Assembly (NCBI RefSeq): GCF_006345805.1
Contig: NC_043004.1
Location: 51,770,001 to 51,834,000, forward strand
From: Octopus sinensis
Taxonomy: Eukaryota
Direction: 5' to 3'
Length of the DNA stretch: 64,000 nucleotides
The position numbers and the translations under genes are program-made. Shown one piece after another: positions 37,225 to 51,440 of the stretch. The notes under the pieces were generated by a model that did not search any database, was not told where the DNA came from, and saw only the letters and a list, made by a program, of their open reading frames with translations. Numbering within the stretch: position 1 is the stretch's first letter; every line of letters begins with the position of its first letter.

Positions 37225-39243
37225 TATACACACACACCTTTTATTTTTATTTTTTACTTGTTTTGACTGAGGCTATAATCTGTCTTATATTTGTTTTGAC
37301 TGTGGTCATGCTAGAATACAACCTTGAAATGTTTAGCACAATGAATTGACCATATGCTACATTGTGCCAGGATTGAACTTGAAAGCATCTGGTTGAGAAG
37401 TGAACTTATTAACCATACAGGCAAGCAGCTGCCTACACACACACATCTTAGTACAGTGAGTAACATTATAGTACAGTTCTGGCTATATTGATGTCTCAAT
37501 TGAGTCCCAGACAACAAACAGCGCTGTCCATATTAAACCAGCCTGTTGTCTCTTGGGATCGTGAGTCAAATATTGTTTTAGACCAATCCTTTGGGTTTCA
37601 CATACCATGCGGGCCCTTATAAAAGTTTAAAACCCTCAAATTATTTTTGAACAAGACTACAAATATTCCGATGTAGTTACTTATATATTTATATAAAAGT
37701 ATAAAAAAGCTTGCTTCCCAACCACATGGTTCCATGTTTAGTCCCACTGCATGGGCAAGTGTTTCCTGCTATAGTCATGAGCCATTCAAAGCCTTGTGAG
37801 AGGATTTGGTAGACAGAAACTGAAAGAAGCCCATCATGTATATATATATATAGATATATATATATACACATATATATGTATATATACAACTATACACACA
37901 CACATGTATATATATATATATATATATATACATACATACATACACACATATGTATATATCTATGTGTGCCCGACAACCAGTTTTGGTGTGTTCACATCTC
38001 TGTAACTTAGTGATTCGGCAAAAGAGACTGAGACAAACATTTCAGAGTTTGGGTGTCAATCTCAGGACATGTACTGAGAGTGATAAAAATCAAACATCCA
38101 GACATCCCTTGTTTTGGGAGGGGTTGTTGTCTGGAGTTAGTGTGGTTGCACTGTTGAATATGGTTATAGTTGTATTGGTTGCAGCTGTTGATTTTACTAT
38201 TGTACCCAGTAAATGTCTGGGTGACTTCTGGGTTTCGATGAAAATCTGAACTAAAACTGCCACTGTAAGGGATGTTTCTACTGTGAATTTGGTGGTGGTT
38301 TGATGTCATGATCTTACTAGTACATCAAGGTCCGGGAAGTAGAGTGAAGGGACAGTCACACATAATCAATCTTTTGTGTTGAGAACAGCAACGGATTTAA
38401 GGATTCTGGTTTACATGTATAAAAGTTATTAAGTGTAACTTAACATTTAGTGGTGGTGGTGTTGTATGATGTATGATTTTGCATTGGCTGGTATTGCTTG
38501 TATGAACTGTCCCAGGTGAAGTTATAGTTACTGTATATGCATAGTCTCTCGTATTGAGAATACATGCATATTTCAGGGTTTTGTGTGTCCATAATTTCAT
38601 TTTATCTACAGTTGGTAGATTTATCATGGATCTTCAGAATGAAGTGGACAGTAGAAGAAAGGAGTAATTCTTCATTAATTGGAATATAGTTGTAACGGTA
38701 GTAGCAGTAGAATAGGATGACAATGGTGAGAATGGATTTCTTGTGTTATTCTGAGAAGAATTTGAGTGGCCTGGCTGCGGAGAAAAGCTAAGAACTGTGT
38801 TGTTTAAGAGCTCATCATAGTATTGAAGAGCGGCTTCTAAAGCTGATCTTGTTGCGGTAAGGGTTGTAGCAGTAGAACATGATGGCAATGATGATGGGCC
38901 ATTTATGGCATTCAGAGGAAATGAAGTGGATAGCTACACTGTGAAGGGCTCTTGATTGTGGAGTGTAACAGTTCATCAATTGTGCTAATATTGAGGAGTG
39001 GCTGTGGTTGCTGTTGTTATACTGTTTGTTTATACATATACATACATACACACACACATATATATTATCATATATAAATATATGTACATTATATATAAAT
39101 AAACAAAATATATAATATATGTATCAAATATATATATATATATATACAGTAATCCCTCAACTATCCAACCCCCCATTACAATAGGTGAAAATCTGTTAAG
39201 TAGAAACGGTATTGCATTTTTTTAATTTTTATAATTCGTATAT

Positions 39244-39638
39244 GGAGTGGCTGTGTGGTAAGTAGCTTGCTTACCAACCACATGGTTCCGGGTTCAGTCC
39301 CACTGCGTGGCATCTTGGGCAAGTGTCTTCTGCTATAGCCCCGGGCCGACCAATGCCTTGTGAGTGGATTTGGTGGACGGAAACTGAAAGAAGCCTGTCG
39401 TATATATGTATATATATATGTATGTGTGTGTGTGTCTGTGTCTGTCCCCCTAGCATTGCTTGACAACCGATGGTGGTGTGTTTACGTCCCCGTCACTTAG
39501 CGGTTCGGCAAAAGAGACCGATAGAATAAGTACTGGGCTTACAAAGAATAAGTCCCGGGGTCGATTTGCTCGACTAAAGGCGGTGCTCCAGCATGGCCGC
39601 AGTCAAATGACTGAAACAAGTAAAAGAGTAAAAGAGTA
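39244..39638 (+). mobile_element. SINE family A
   Basis: Full copy. Confidence 0.9.
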
Positions 39639-40879
39639 AATATTTATTCTATTATAAATGGAAAACAAAACCACAGAGGAATCGATGTAAGCTTAATAAC
39701 CCACGATATGGCAAGGGATTATTGTGTATATATATATAAAAATATATAGTAATATTTCTTTCTATGGAGTTTTGAGGGTTTTCATTTTATTTAATTTAGT
39801 TCTTTGTTCTTATTTTGTGATCAATTTTTAAACACTCTTTTCTAAGCCTGGGAAAGGTAAGAAGAGGGTGCAAGTGCACCCCACTCTTCCCAGGCCCTTG
39901 CCTCATTGGCATCAATGGTGGAAAAGCATGACATAAAACAATCACACTGCTTGCCAATCATCAACCCACCACCATCACCACCATCAATATTATAGACATT
40001 TCAGAGCCACAGGAGAAAAGTGACTGACACCCTTAGCAAAACACATCACGCTCTCACACGTACTTTATGAAGACAGTCCTCCTCTGTCCAATTGTCTCCC
40101 TTCTTGCATGCTAATTCTCATTCACTCACATGTAGAGATCCACTGTTCCTAAAAGATACATGTGGCCTAGTGGTTGAAGTGTTGAAATTATGATTATGAG
40201 ATTGCGGTTTCAATTCCTGGAGTGGGCAATGTATTTGTATTCTTGAGCAAAACACTCCATTTCATGTTGCTTCCGGTCCACTCAACTGGCCAAACGGTTC
40301 CTGGAGGAACCAGCATCTCCTACAATGGGTGAATATAGACACAACTGGTTTTCTTCAGTTTCCATCAACTAAATCCACTCGCAAAGCTTTCGCTGCTCTA
40401 GGGTAATTGTAGAAGACAACTGTCCAAAGTGCCATGCCATGGTTCTGAACCCAAAACCATTAGGACACACATTTCTTAACCACACAACCATGCTTGTTTC
40501 CTTGATCAGAAACAATAATAATAATAATCATTTAACGTTTGTTTTCCATGTTGGCATGGGTTGGCTGGTTTGACAGAAGCTAACCAGCTGAAGGGCTGTC
40601 CAGACTCCATGTCTGTTTTGACATGGTTTCTATGGCAGGATGCTCTTCCTAATGCCAACCACTTTACAGAGTGCACTGCATGTTTTTACCCAGCACCAGT
40701 CTGGGTACTTTTTACATGCCACCAGCAATTATGAGCCCACAAGATTAGGGATGCTCAGCTGGACAGGGTTGCAAGGGACAGGCCTGGACAGAAAGGCAAC
40801 CATGCTTTTACTAAGCTCGACATGAGCCTGCAAGTTCAGGGGACACTCAGCTGGAGAGGGTTGCAGGGGGAAGAGCCTG

Positions 40880-41120
40880 TATGCAAGGGCAAACAGGCTT
40901 TTACATAGCTCAATGCATCTTTTGAAGCACAGCAAACTGTCATGGGTCTCGGTCCCCTGCCATTCCCTCTGTGAGTCCCTAACGTCAGTAGTTCCTTTCT
41001 TACCACTTCATCACATGTCTTCCTGGGTCTAATCCCTTCTACACGTTCCAGCTACAACCAGAGATTGGCACCTCTTGATGCAACTGTTTTCATTCATATG
41101 CATGACATGGCCATACCAGT
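40880..41120 (-). mobile_element. RTE-clade LINE 3' fragment
   Basis: The minus strand reads WYGHVMHMNENSCIKRC, followed by a decayed GRPRKTW-like region. Confidence 0.7.
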
Positions 41121-41249
41121 GCAAAAATGCAAAAAAGTAGTAAAACAAGACAAAACCAAAGATAATTGCAAGAGTGGAATATTCTTAGAAACTGTGACAT
41201 AACTTGAAAGAGTATGGAGAGCTAGTAGTAACATAAAACTGAGTTAAGA

Positions 41250-42345
41250 GCAGAAAACTATGAGAGCCAATAACCTAAGATATATTGGGTGTCAAAACAT
41301 TTCTCCTATAGTGACTAGCCTGAGAGACCATATGGCAGATATCTATGGAAGCCCATATATCAAAACTATGTAAACCAATTTTGCAGAAAATTATAAAAGC
41401 TAATATGGAAGTAATATATGAAGTCTCATGAAAGACTTGTTTTATTTCTGTTCCTGAGTGCCATACTAATACATTATTTGTTTGTACTCCACCTGCCTTC
41501 GTCTTTTGTTTATTTTCGTAAACCTTCCCGTTATAGTAGACAATATCTGTGACAGAAAACTATGGAAGCAAATGTAGCAAGAAATATATCAAAGCTAATG
41601 TAGCTGATATTTTATGGTAGGCAATATAGAAGAAAACTATGGAAGCTAATTTGACAGAAAATTATGCAAATTAACTTGGAAAAGATCTATGGTAGCCAAT
41701 ATAGCTAAGAACTCAAAAGACCTTATGGTAGAAAATTATGGAAGCCATTATGACAGGAAACTATGAAAGACAATATTGTAAATAACTAGCTTGAGAAATA
41801 GCAGCCAACATAGCTAAAAGACTATGTAAGCCAATATAGCAGAAAACTATGAAAGACAATACAGTGGAAAACTATGGAAGTCAATCATCATCATCATTAT
41901 TGTCTTAACATCTCTTTCTATACTTGCATGAGTAAGATAGAATTTTGTCAAGGCAGATTTCCTATGACGGATGCCCTTCCTGTTGCCAATCCTCATCTGT
42001 TTCAAAGAAAGGTAACATTTCCCCAGAACCAGATACATTTTCATGGAGGATTGGGAATAAAGGACACTGCCAGCATAATGGTGAACACCAGGCAAGGAGA
42101 AAGTAACACACACACACCAAGTCCACTTACAAGCCTTAGGTCAACCTAGGGCTATGGTGGAAGACACTTGCCCAAGGTATCGCTATGCAGTGGGACTGAA
42201 CCCAGAACCATGTGGTTGGGAAGAAAACCTCTTACCACACCTGCGCTTTAATAGTAAGAAAATTTATGAAAGCATGGCAGCAAAATTATGTAAGACAAAA
42301 ATATTGGAAAATTATAAAAGCTGGCATGGAAATATCTACGGACAT
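41250..42345. repeat. Degenerate minisatellite, about 24-bp unit (agaaaactatggaagccaatatagc), interrupted by retroposons
   Basis: Motif aaaactatggaag / aaaattatg recurs many times at about 23-25 nt spacing. Confidence 0.7.
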
Positions 42346-42376
42346 AGTATTCATGGTGGCCCTACAATGTAAGAGT

Positions 42377-42760
42377 GGAGGCGCAATGGCCCAGTGGTTA
42401 GGGCAGCGGACTCGCGGTCGTAGGATCGCGGTTTCGATTGCCAGACCGAGCGTTGTGAGTGTTTATTGAGCGAAAACACCTAAAGCTCCACAAGGCTCTG
42501 GCAGGGATGGTGGTGATCCCTGCTGTACTCTTTCACAACAACTTTCTCTCACTCTTACTTCCTGTTTCTGTTGTACCTGTATTTCAAAGGGCCGGCCTTG
42601 TCACTCTCTGTGTCACGCTGAATATCCCCGAGAACTACGTTAAGGGTACACGCGTCTGTGGAGTGCTCAGCCACTTACATGTTAATTTCACGAGCAGGCT
42701 GTTCCGTTGATCGGATCAACCGGAACCCTCGTCGTCGTAACCGACGGAGTGCTTCCATCC
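42377..42760 (+). mobile_element. tRNA-derived SINE, family C, young CpG-rich copy
   Basis: tRNA-like head with A and B boxes. 11-bp TSD acaatgtaaga at 42364-42374 and 42761-42771. Confidence 0.9.
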
Positions 42761-43183
42761 ACAATGTAAGAAGGTTAATATAAAAATATTGGGAAGTAAA
42801 TTAAGGGCAACGCACATATACACCACATCTGGACATGTTTCTGAATATAGATTATGAAAGCAAACCAGCCCTATCCAAACACCAGTCTGGCCAGGTCAAA
42901 CTGACAGTGGCAGGTGTGATCAGGAAAGGGGAATAGTGGGATAGAAAGAAAGGTGAGAACATTATTGACTTATCTTGATCCTTCTTGGTCTTCTCTGTTA
43001 TCCATTAAAAGTGGACACGATGCAGCATACAGAAAGAAAGGGTTTTATAGAGAGAGAGAGAGAGAGAGAGAGAGAATGGGGGAGTTTGAAGGTGGCGACC
43101 AGCAGCAACAGCAGCAGACAATGCATGTCGGAGATGCAGTATTTAAGAAAATCAGTAGTTTCCATACTTACAATTTCACCTAC

Positions 43184-43258
43184 CTGTCTTCTGAAGTAAA
43201 ATGCCATCCCACAGGAAACAGTGAGAAACAGCAGCATAAAAGACAGTGTTCCACTATA
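43184..43258 (-). CDS. Tetraspanin exon (TM3): YSGTLSFMLLFLTVSCGMAFYFRRQ
   Basis: tttttttcatttcag acceptor and CAG|gtaggt donor. 75 nt, phase 0/0. Hydrophobic, and fills the gap between the flanking exons in frame. Confidence 0.85.
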
Positions 43259-43409
43259 CTGAAATGAAAAAAAGATAATAATAATAATAATCTCTTTATT
43301 GACCACAAAGGATTTACACTAAGAGAAGCATTAAAGTCCAATACAGGGCAAAACAAAGAATGTGTGTATGTGAGTGTGTGTTGTAAGGGTTTTGCATGTA
43401 AACAGGTTT

Positions 43410-43760
43410 AACAAATGTTCACCATCAAGGAAGCACTGCAGGTGTCGTAACCTAAGCACATGTCTGCGCATCATCAACCACGGCATGCTCAGGCTACCAT
43501 GCAATGGGTGCTGATAGTGGATAGACTACCTGACCATTGGAATGCATCCCTCCCACAAAGAGTGGAAGAGTATATGCTCCAATGTAATCAGATGGTGGCC
43601 AGGACAAGGCATGATGATCAAGCAGTAGTAGATGATGGACACGATGTACACATTAGCCATCTCTGCCCGACCTTTCAGGGATAGCTTCCGCTCGGGTAAG
43701 AGTACTCATCCCGCTCATTACCTCATCCTGGTTTTTGCCCATCTGGAGGTCCAGACCAAA
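43410..43760 (-). mobile_element. L1/Tx1-like LINE ORF2 fragment
   Basis: The minus strand reads LSLKGRAEMANVYIVSIIYY…LFHSLWEGCIPMVR…HPLHGSLSMPWLMMRRH. Confidence 0.7.
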
Positions 43761-44678
43761 CCAGACCCCCAAGCAATTTAAATGGCCCATCCATCCAGCA
43801 CCCAATGATGCAGCTGATGCCTTGTGCATAATAATCCTTTCTTCTGCACAAGGCCTGCAATGTTGGGAGAGGGGACTAGTCAATTACATTGACCCTCCAG
43901 GGTTTCACTGGTACTTAATTTATTGACCCTGAAAGGATGAAAGGCGAAGTCGACCGTGGCAGAATTTGAACTCAGAATGTAAAAATGAACAAAATGCCAC
44001 TAAGCATTTTGCCTGGGACACTAACAATTCTGACAGCTTGCTACCTTAATAATAATAATCCCTTCTACAACATGTAACTCCGAATAGAGAGATGCTCCAG
44101 GGTTGCTGTTGCTCATGGAAAAACCCTATAAAAACCACAAGTGCCCTGACTTCTGGGGCAGGTGTCTTTCCTTAGTTATCTTCACCTCTGATTACAGGTG
44201 TATGCACAGGGTAGGCCCATCCATTTGCACCGTTCTTGCCACTCTCATCCACCTTTCAGCAAACTGGCTAAAAGGCAACACTTCCTTTTTCCACCCTTAT
44301 TTTCCTCTTCAAGTGAAACCTGAAGAAGTTGATGAGGCCACAGAGTAAAGTGTTTGTCTTCAGCCCCTTCCGTCTCATCCACCAAGCATATAAAAACTGC
44401 TTTCCCTTTCCGGGTTAAAAGACAGCAGTAGGGTAATCTCCACAATAGATTCAGCTGATAACTAGATCTGTCCCACCAAATTTTGGTGCAAGGCTAGCAG
44501 GTAAGTTTATTACATGAGCTTCCCAGCGCTCAACTGGAACTTATTTTCGGACCCTAAAAGGATGAAAGGCAAAGTTGGCAGAATTTAGATTCTGAATGTA
44601 AAGATGGATAAAATGCCTAGCAACATTTTGTTAGGGGTACAAATGATTCTGTCAGCTTGCTATCCAGAGGAATAATTT

Positions 44679-44963
44679 AGTTAGTTAGTTAGTTAATTTT
44701 TTGGCTCAAAAAGCAAAAAGCAAGGCCATGTAAGGGGACATGGAGTTATGTACAGGGTGGTGTTCATGTAAAGAGTTCAGGCCACTTGAGGTCAAGGGAG
44801 ACATTGAACCAAGCGGTCGTCGGCATCTTCACCATCTCGTCTGGCAGCTTATTCCACGGATCCGCAACCCGGACGGAGAAAGCCCCTCTCCTTCGATTAA
44901 GATGAAATCGTCGCAGATAGAGCTTTTTGGAATGACCCCGCAGCCGACGTTCGGGAGCAGGAG

Positions 44964-44968
<5 letters not shown>
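44679..44968 (-). mobile_element. CR1/L2-type LINE 3' end (same family as 35918-36245)
   Basis: Reverse-complement homology, including the (TAAC)n tail. Confidence 0.88.
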
Positions 44969-45012
<44 letters not shown>

Positions 45013-46299
45013 TAATAATAATAATAATAATAATAATCCAATCCTCTACAGGCACATGGCCTGAAAATTGGGGGAGGGGACTAATTGAATACATTGACTC
45101 CAGTACTCAATTGGTACTTAATTTATCAACCCCGAAAGGATGAAAGGCAAAGTCAACCTCGGCAGAATTTGAATTCAGAACATAGAGATGTGTGAAATGT
45201 TGCTAAGCATTTTGCCTGGCAATAATAATGGTAGTTACAAATTTAGACACAAAGCCACTAATTTTATGGGTAAGAGAGGTAGTCAATGTCATCAACCCTG
45301 GTACTTGCCTGACACTCGCAAATCTAAGGGAGAAAACTAATCCATCCCTCTGCCATTTATTCACATTTTGTAACGTTTGCTATTAAAATTGGCACATGTT
45401 GCTGAATTTCCACAATTTACTTTCAGAGTTGACTTTTCTGTTTTTTAATAGAAACTTTGGGTAAGTTGTTTCTGAAGAGAGTAACTCAGTTGACCCTGTA
45501 TATTTCATCATGAAAAAATGCTGCAAAATGGTCAGGGGAAAACCCCACTTTTTTGCATGTGTGTTCAGGATTTTTCTATGTCCATACCTGTTTACTATTT
45601 GCATTTAATTCATTATTAACATCTCTTTTCATCATCTATTTTAGAGTATGATTTCTTTTAGATATCATTATGTCCATTAATTAACAATCACACATGCACA
45701 ACATTTAAGCAAAAACGACTATTTACATAAAACAAAAGACATCTTTTCTGTAGAAATACAAATTTTCACAATGATCTGACCACAAGTACATAATCTTATA
45801 AGCATTTGAACAAACAAGTCCATTTTTAGGTATTTTCTGCCCCATAATTACAAGACTGATCATTTGACTTGGAAAATGTTCAACAAGATGTTAAGAACTA
45901 ACCCTTCATACCATAATATAGTTCCATAGCTTATGAATTTATAAAATGAAAGATATTGTATTTTTCTTCAGTACAACATTCCTACACATTGCTGCACTAA
46001 CATTTCACCCCAGGTATGAAAGAATTACCTCTGGCATAGAGCTGAGTTTATTTAGCTCAATGTGTGTTTGTGTGTGTATGCCACCTTTGTTGTTGGTATA
46101 TTTGTTCTTACTATATAAGCGGTGGTGCACTAGATTTTTAATAGTCACAAAATTTGGTTCATTGTTGAAAATAATAGGTGTATGTGACTCACTGATCGAG
46201 CACTCTGTATATCTTAAGCCTCTACTGCATTGAATAAAAAAGTTTTGCAGTATTTTGTTAACTTATTTACTTTAATTGCCAAGTTAAAACAAAAGCAAC

Positions 46300-46800
46300 C
46301 TAGCATTTGGAAGCAGAGGCCATCTTTGTGACACCATCTGAAGCCACCTTTCTGCCAGTTCTTTGACCCCACGCTGATACTAGTTCTTGTCCTTCAAGGT
46401 GAAGAACTCCTCTTGGTTGATGAAGCATTGCAAGCACAGGAAATGACTCATGGATCAGAACAGATAATATTCTGAAGGAGTTAGGTCCAGACAATATACG
46501 CTGGGTATGGCATCAACTCAATTCTCTCAAGTTCCTGGAGTTCATTCAGGATCATTCATACAGTATGAGGTCTTGCGTTGTCTTGCTGTGGAAGAGCTTT
46601 GTTTCTGTTAACCAATGCCTGGTATTTTTGCCACACAATGGCATACATCAATCCCAGTTGTTCAGAGTACAGGTGGCATTGATGGTTTGACCGTCTTGAA
46701 GCAACTTATACAGAATTATCTATCCCCTCACAATTCCGCCAAATGCAGAGCATTACCTATCTTCGAAACGCCCATGTTTGGCGACAGGTTCTGAAAGCAG
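46300..46800 (-). mobile_element. Decayed mariner transposase fragment
   Basis: MLCIWRNCEG, GQTINA, PAYSLDLAPSEYYLFRSM and YQRGVKELAERW remnants across frames. Confidence 0.75.
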
Positions 46801-46845
46801 GCCCTTTACTCCTAACTTTTTTCTCCAGAGCAAAACCAACATTAA

Positions 46846-47065
46846 CCCTTTCGTTACCAACCCGGCTGAAACCGGCTCTGGTTCTGGGTACAAATGTCTT
46901 GTTTTCATAAGTTCTGAATTAAAATCTTCCACCAAACCTTAGTCACAATTAATGTTCCTAACACTAGCTTCATGATATCTAAGTTATTTCACTAAATTCT
47001 TTGTTATATTTAAAGTAATTGAAAGAAACACAGAGCATCTCAACAGAAATATCGTAACAAAAGGG
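46846..47065. mobile_element. piggyBac-type MITE, family P1
   Basis: TTAA TSD and ccctttcgttac…gtaacaaaaggg ends. Confidence 0.85.
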
Positions 47066-48394
47066 TTAACAAAGCAGCCTCTATATGGTCATGTGATCTA
47101 TTAAAAATAACAAAATCTCCCTCAAATCACCCCCCCCCACATACACACACAGTTTTAATGAAATGAAAGACAGATGCATTAGGTAATGCAGTCCCTCGAA
47201 ACACCAAAGATTTTGTTGACTCATAGTTGTCCAGCCAGACCCTCACCTGCTTCCAAGCAGATATTTCCCTATAACCAGACATGGTTTTATGGAAGATTAG
47301 AAATGAAGGGCTCAACTTGCATAAAGCTGACATTCGATTACAACTATTACACAATGTAAAATGCAATGAGACACACACACACACACAGGGTTTCCAGCCA
47401 AACCGTCCAACCCATACCAACATGGAAAACAGATGTTAAATGATGATGATGATGCTGATCACACACACAATGGATGGGCTTCTTTCAGTTTCCATTTACC
47501 AAATCTACTCACAGGTGTCTTCTATTATAGCCCAGAGCTTATAGTTAAAAAAGACATTTGCTCAAAGTGTCATGCAATGGGATTGAACCTGGAACCATGT
47601 AGTTGAGAAGCCAAACTGCTTACCACACACACACACACAGCGCCTACATCATGTACATAGCATACAAAAACAGTTTCCTCACATCACTTCTCTGGCCTAA
47701 TTTTCCCATGATTTAATTTAGATTAAAATATCCAACAAAAATGGGAAAAGAATTATAACAAGATGTGGTGAGGTATGTGGTGTTGGTGTGGTAGTATGAA
47801 TGTAGAATTGGTCATAGTTGTGGTAGTAGTGTTTATGGAGGGAAAGTGTTCTAGTGATTAAAATACTGATTGAGCAGACTCTGTTGCTTAAAGACAATCT
47901 GACCTCGACCACCCTGTTTTCCTTTGTATATTTAGGGCACCATTGGCTAATGTGTCCTTTTTCAGACAGAGCATGTGATTTGAGGAAATCTGATTGCTAT
48001 TTTTAGCAGGTTAATTGACCACATAGAGTGTTTCTTCATTGGTAACACTGGTAGTAGTTGGAATGGCAGTGATAGTGGAGGTGGTGATGCAAATATGATG
48101 ATGGTAATGATGATAGTGGTGGTGGTGGTAGTTGTGATAGTGGTTGGTGGTAAGAATATAATGGTGGTAGTGGTGGTGATGGTAGTGAAATTATTAGATG
48201 CGCCTGAGAGGTAACAAAAAAAAAAAAAGAGGCAAGTAACTAGGAAAGTAGCCATCATCACAGCCACCCCCTACCAGCAAACAGTCTAGCCTAGCTACCC
48301 CAAGAGACTAGTCTGCCACCCAACTTCCCTTGCACTCTACCATCATCATCAACATAGCTCACCTCACCAGAATTCAAGGTTACCCAAGCCACGC

Positions 48395-48433
<39 letters not shown>

Positions 48434-49204
48434 GAGAGAGAGAGAGAGGGGGGAGAGGAGAAAGAAATGGACGGGAACAGAAAGTGGAGGATGCTGGGCT
48501 GTGGCAGTGGTAATTAAATCCAAAAGCTAATTAGGTTGAAACAAGTAGAGTAGAGTGATATATGCTAGCTACTGCTAGACTGATGCCTACTCTGTCACCC
48601 CACCCACCAGCGCTAGGAATTTATGTCTAGATGTATATTTGCAGGCACATGTGTATGAATGTGTGCATGTGAGTGTGTACATACATACGTATATTATATA
48701 AAGGTATATATGTGTTAGTGTGTGCGTGTATGTATATATATATATATATACACACAAACACACATTCAAAGGTGTATACATAGCTAAAGTTTGTTGACGT
48801 ACATTTATATATTAATGCCCTCCTTTCTCTCTCTCTCTCTCTATCTCTTCACACACATACACACACAAGCACATATATACACAAATGTGGGTAAACACAC
48901 ACACACACACTCAAAATGTGTGTATATATAACTAGTAAAGTTTGTTTACATACATTTGTATATTAATGCCTCTCTATTCACACACACACACACATATATA
49001 CAAATAATGTGTGTTTGCGCATGAACACTCTAAACTAGGTAGATTTATTTACTGTAGTTAATATAAAAAAAAAAAAAACAAGGTACCTGAATGAACAGGA
49101 GGGCCCTCTATGTGGTCAATCAACTCGTTAAAAAAACAGTCAAATCTCTCAAATCACCTTCACAGTCATTAAAAAAAAGTAAGAGAAAAAGGAGACTGGA
49201 TAAT

Positions 49205-49438
49205 TATTTCTTTACTGCCCACAAGGGGCTACACACAGAGGGGACAAACAAGGACAGACAAACGGATTAAGTCGATTATATCGACCCCAGTGCATAACTG
49301 GTACTTATTTAATCGACCCCCGAAAGGATGAAAGGCAAAGTCGACCTCGGTGGAATTTGAACTCAGAACCTAACGGCAGACGAAATACTGCTAAGCATTT
49401 CGTCCGGCGTGCTAACGTTTCTGCCAGCTCGCTGCCTT
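49205..49438 (-). mobile_element. SINE family B
   Basis: 14-bp TSD ggagactggataat at 49191-49204 and 49439-49452. Confidence 0.9.
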
Positions 49439-50440
49439 GGAGACTGGATAATGCAGCTTCTTAGACAGAATATCTCAATAAAAGACAGGATGGTCATGCC
49501 TGGTCCAAACCAAGCTGACAACTACAGCAATGGCCAAGAGGAATAAGTGTAATAGATAAAAAGAAACAACAAAAAAATGGTGATGGTGATGATAATGATG
49601 ATGATGATGATGATAGTGGTAGTGAAGATGATGATGGTGGAGGTAGTGGTGATGATAGCAGTATTGATGATGTGGTGGTGATGATGATGCTGATAGTGGC
49701 AACAGCAATGATAATGTTGGTGATGCTGACCATAATGATAGCAGTGATGTGTGTGCATGTGTGTGTGTGTGTGTGTTAGAATGAGAATTGGCACTATTGC
49801 CAAGAGCATCTATTTGTGTGTCTTTTGTGTTATTGTTAGCTCATGTACTGAACTGGAGGTGACGGAGGAGATGGCGGAGGGTGGTGGCAGTGCCTGATGG
49901 TGATGGGGGCCTGATGTGGGGATGGCATGCACTACGACGGTGAGGTGGCACTAGTGGTGATGTAGGGGTAGCAATACCTTGAGTGGTGGTGGTCCATAGT
50001 GGAGTGGTAGCATGTAGTATGATGGCAGTTCATATGAGTGGTAGTGGTAGTCTGTAGTGAGATGGCAGTAGTCTATAGTGTAGTGGTAGTGGTGAAGGTA
50101 CATGGCTTAGTGGTTAGGGTATTCGGGTCATGATCATATGGTCATGAGTTCAATCCCTGGTGACGCAGTGTGTCCTTGAGCAAGACACTTTATTTCAAGA
50201 TGTACCAATCCACCCAGCTGGCAAAAAATAAGCAGTACCTGTAATTCAATGGGCCAGCCTTGTTACACTCCATGTCATGCTGATTCTTGCTAAGAACTAT
50301 GCTAAGGGCATGCATGTCTGTGGAGCGCTCAACCACTTGCATGTTAATTTCACAAGCAAGTTGTTACATGGATTGGATCAACTGGAACCCTCGTCATTGG
50401 AACTGACAGACTGCCAGAGTGTGTGTGTGTGTTGTGAAAG

Positions 50441-50850
50441 CATGTGGCTTAGTAGTTAGGGTATTCAGATCAAGATTCTAAGGTTCTGTGTTCGATACCA
50501 GATAGCATATTGAGTCCTTGAGCAAGACACTTTATTTCATGTTGCTCCAATTCACTCAGTACTTGGATTTCAAAGGGCCAGCTTTATCCAATTCTGCATC
50601 ACGCTGAATCTCCCTGAGAATTTTATTAAGGGTATGTGTGTTTAAAGGCGGCTAGCTGGCAGAAACGTTAGCATGACGTAGGAGTGGCTGTGTGGTAAGT
50701 AGCTTGCTTACGAACCATATGGTTCCGGGTTCAGTCCCACTGCGTGGCACCTTGGGCAAGTGTCTTCTACTATAGCCTCGGGCCGACCAAAGCCTTGAGT
50801 GGATTTGGTAGACGGAAACTGAAAGAAGCCCGTTATATATATATGTATAT

Positions 50851-50910
<60 letters not shown>

Positions 50911-51440
50911 TGTGTGTGTATATGTTTGTGTGTCTGTGTTTGTCCCCCTAACATCGCTTGACAACTGATGCTGGTGTGTTTACGTCCCTGTAACTTAGCG
51001 CTTCGGCAAAAGAGACCGATAGAATAAGTACTAGGCTTACAAAGAATAAGTCCTGGGGTCGATTTGCTCGACTAAGGTGGTGCTCCAGCATGGCCACAGT
51101 CAAATGACTGAAACAAATAAAAGAGTAAAAGAGTATGACGGGCGAAATGCTCAGCGGTATTTCGTCTGTCGTTACGTTCTGAGTTCAAATTCCGCCGAGG
51201 TCGACTTTGCCTTTCATCCTTTTGGGGTTGATTTAAATAAGTACCAGTTACGCACTGGGGTCGATATAATCGACTTAATCCGTTTGACTGTCCTTGTTTG
51301 TCCCCTCTGTGTTTAGCCCCTTGTGGGCAGTAAAGAAATAGGTATGTGTGTCTATGGATTGCTCAGCCACTTGCACATTAATTTTATGAACAAGTTATTT
51401 CATTGATCGGATTGACTGGAACTCGTAACCGATGGAGTAT
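50441..51440 (+). mobile_element. Triple-nested SINEs: A (50679-51134) in B (50642-51340) in a C-like copy
   Basis: TSD atgacg around A and TSD ggtatgtgtgt around B. The split host sequences rejoin. Confidence 0.85.

Noticed and set aside
42377-42450. tRNA genes (also the heads of SINE families A, B and E)
   Set aside because: The tRNA-like heads continue into shared SINE bodies with tails and TSDs, and I see no complete cloverleaf.
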